From contig OLMU01004592.1 in the NCBI GenBank assembly GCA_900291995.1, positions 1 through 32,870 on the forward strand: a stretch of 32,870 nucleotides of DNA, read 5' to 3'. This document shows, one piece after another, positions 31,018 to 32,870 of this stretch. A program made the translations under genes and the position numbers. Source of the DNA: Licmophora abbreviata. Lineage: Eukaryota. How positions within the stretch are numbered: position 1 is the first letter of the stretch; each line of letters opens with the position of its first letter. The notes beneath the pieces were generated by a model. That model was not told the DNA's origin. It worked only from the letters and a program-made list of their open reading frames with translations, and ran no database searches.

Positions 31018-31489
31018 TTCCGACGGCGCCTTCGATGTTCGATGTGTTCGCGTTGTGCTGCTGTGTGGATGTGTGTCTGAGTGTCTCTCGATTTCGCGCC
31101 ACGCTTGACGCGATGAATGGTCATGAGCTTTCTGTAGTCTGTCCAACGCTACGGCGAAAAAACATCGATTTAATCGACTGACTCTCTCACTCGGTGAAGA
31201 GAGTGTCTCAGTCCGTCAAAAGCGGACTCAAAGTCTACACCGGTAAGAGGAGATGATGACCATCTATAACGCATGCAGTTAGGTTACTCATATATGTCAG
31301 AATGGACCGAAGGTTGTTCGGAAGAATTCATGATACCTGAACAATATCTTAATGGGCTTTGCTCGTTCGGCGACGCGATTGACAATTACATCTATCTTGA
31401 ATCCTAGGTGCAATTCACTAGCATCACATCGCAGGCGCAGCCGGTTCTAACGCACGGCGATAAATTACAATGCTAGATCTTTATTTTAT

Positions 31490-32500
31490 CTATTTTCCTT
31501 TTAGAAACTGAAGAATGATTCCGAAATCTTTGTCTCCAAGGCCTCGAAGATCAGCCATCCGATAGAGTTCCTTCGAAGCAGAACCAACGGGAAGTGCGAC
31601 ACCCGCGTCTTGACCCGCTCCCACAGCCAAGATCAGATCCTTTAGCATCAGTGATGCTCCAAACCCACCTTGATAGTCACGCGACGCCGGCGTTCCCACA
31701 CCTGTCTCCTCTAGATTTCGGTTGGCCACAGCAGGATGCGGATTGTTCACTTCCGAACTCCAGCATTTTGCAGTACTCGTATTCATTACGTCGGCCAGGA
31801 CAACTGGATCTACTCCCAATCCCTCACCTAGATTGGTAGCCTCACAGATTCCAATCATCTGAGCAGCCAAGGCAAGATTGTTGCAGAGTTTCGTGACGGC
31901 ACCGGTGCCAGCCCCTCCGCACGGAACGATGCGTTTGCTCATTTTGTTCAACCACGGCCGCGCCGTTTCGAGCGCCTCGACACTATCGTACCCCACCATA
32001 AAGGTAAGACTTCCCTCTTGTGCGCCCTTGACACCACCCGATACGGGTGCATCCAACATCATGTGTCCCTTGGCAGCAACATGCTCATGCCATTTTCGAC
32101 TCGTCGTCGGACTGACGGTCGAACAGTCGACAAAGACGGTCGGAACAGCCACACAATCCAACAGTACTGGCATGACAGCATCGACAGCGCTACAGCCAGG
32201 CAGCATGGTGAAAATGAGATTGCACTGCGCCTCCCCAATATCTCTGAGAGACATCGCCGCTTGGGCACCGCCTTGTTCTTCGGCTTCTGACACTGCGACA
32301 GAATGTGTGTCGTACGCCACGACGACGGCAGCCTGATCATTCACGCCCGACAAGAGATTCAGGCACATGGGAAGTCCCATGTTGCCGAGACCGACAAAGC
32401 CAATCTTGGTAGTCCTTGTTATGGTAGAGAAAAACCTCTGTCCTTGTCGCACGAGACGATTTGCGACTTGAGGCAGCGAACGTGCTGGTGCTGAGAACAT
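31490..32500 (-). CDS. HIBADH: 3-hydroxyisobutyrate dehydrogenase, mitochondrial
   Basis: IGFVGLGNMGLPM, FTMLP, DCSTV, LDAPVSGGVKGA, TFMVG, KLCNN, CWSSEVNNP, YQGGF and LMLKDL; Arg-rich presequence. Confidence 0.95.
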   Translation of the reverse strand: MFSAPARSLPQVANRLVRQGQRFFSTITRTTKIGFVGLGNMGLPMCLNLLSGVNDQAAVVVAYDTHSVAVSEAEEQGGAQAAMSLRDIGEAQCNLIFTMLPGCSAVDAVMPVLLDCVAVPTVFVDCSTVSPTTSRKWHEHVAAKGHMMLDAPVSGGVKGAQEGSLTFMVGYDSVEALETARPWLNKMSKRIVPCGGAGTGAVTKLCNNLALAAQMIGICEATNLGEGLGVDPVVLADVMNTSTAKCWSSEVNNPHPAVANRNLEETGVGTPASRDYQGGFGASLMLKDLILAVGAGQDAGVALPVGSASKELYRMADLRGLGDKDFGIILQFLKGK

Positions 32501-32870
32501 GATGTTTTTCAGAAAGAATCAAGAATTCTGGGAGCGTGTTCGAAGAGCGTCGAGATGGCTGGAACAAAACTTTTTGTTTACTCTTGCTTCGCAGCTCTAC
32601 TTTTCTCTACAGAAAGAGCGTTGCGTCAATTGACTGCCTCAACGACAGCAACAGGTGCTCGATGTCACATCCACATCAATGTGTCGTCGTTTCGAATTCG
32701 AAACATTGTGGAGGATAGAGAAGCATGAAAAATGTCAATCTGGCACACGCCATAAGTGAGACAAAGATGTGTCTGCGCTGGCCCATCTTTGTTCACCCTA
32801 CGACAAAATACGTACATTTCCTACGGCAGAACAAGAAACCTAAATAACGCGTGGTTCACACGAGCCAGTT

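Noticed and set aside
23696..32500. AUH (Leu catabolism) and HIBADH (Val catabolism) as a branched-chain amino acid cluster
   Set aside because: Separated by ~7 kb and four unrelated genes; proximity is plausibly chance without synteny data.
1..32870. Prokaryotic operon, CRISPR array, transposon or tRNA/rRNA genes
   Set aside because: Spliceosomal introns and eukaryote-specific genes throughout; no spaced direct repeats, transposase/RT ORFs, terminal repeats or tRNA cloverleaf seen.

Overview
Gene-dense eukaryotic genomic DNA (roughly balanced GC, short GT-AG introns mostly 73-142 nt), very probably from a diatom or related ochrophyte. Several genes carry bipartite signal-peptide + Phe-initiated (ASAF-type) plastid presequences, there is a plastid-targeted TrpC-TrpF fusion, and there is a signal-peptide-bearing Npl4 (SELMA type). 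I reconstructed 21 protein-coding genes, ten of them spliced, with phase-checked exon junctions; several are fragmented or missed by the ORF track. They are: RlmH, an FNR/cytochrome b5 reductase-like protein, a DGGGPS-like UbiA prenyltransferase, Rab18, RWDD1/Gir2, a PHD + Cfp1-like zinc-finger protein, a small secreted RRL-motif protein, a tandem IF2_N-like plastid protein, TrpCF, sNpl4, a divergent CK2-alpha with a possible signal peptide, a GNAT acetyltransferase, a 7-repeat Cys-rich GPI-type protein, a LiaF/DUF2154-like protein, MsrA, AUH, MsrB-like, a PX protein, a membrane-anchored GH3 beta-glucosidase, zf-HIT and HIBADH. I saw no tRNA, rRNA, CRISPR or transposon. Strongest leads: (1) a ~200-nt hairpin-H box-hairpin-ACA structure (H/ACA snoRNA-like) hidden in the unusually long RWDD1 intron; (2) a divergent CK2-alpha with a signal-peptide-like N-terminus directly behind sNpl4; (3) a G9 run that removes the expected stop of the zf-HIT gene and drives it antisense into the GH3 gene; (4) a plastid DGGGPS-like prenyltransferase of unknown substrate. 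All family assignments come from recognising motifs by eye; no database searches were run.
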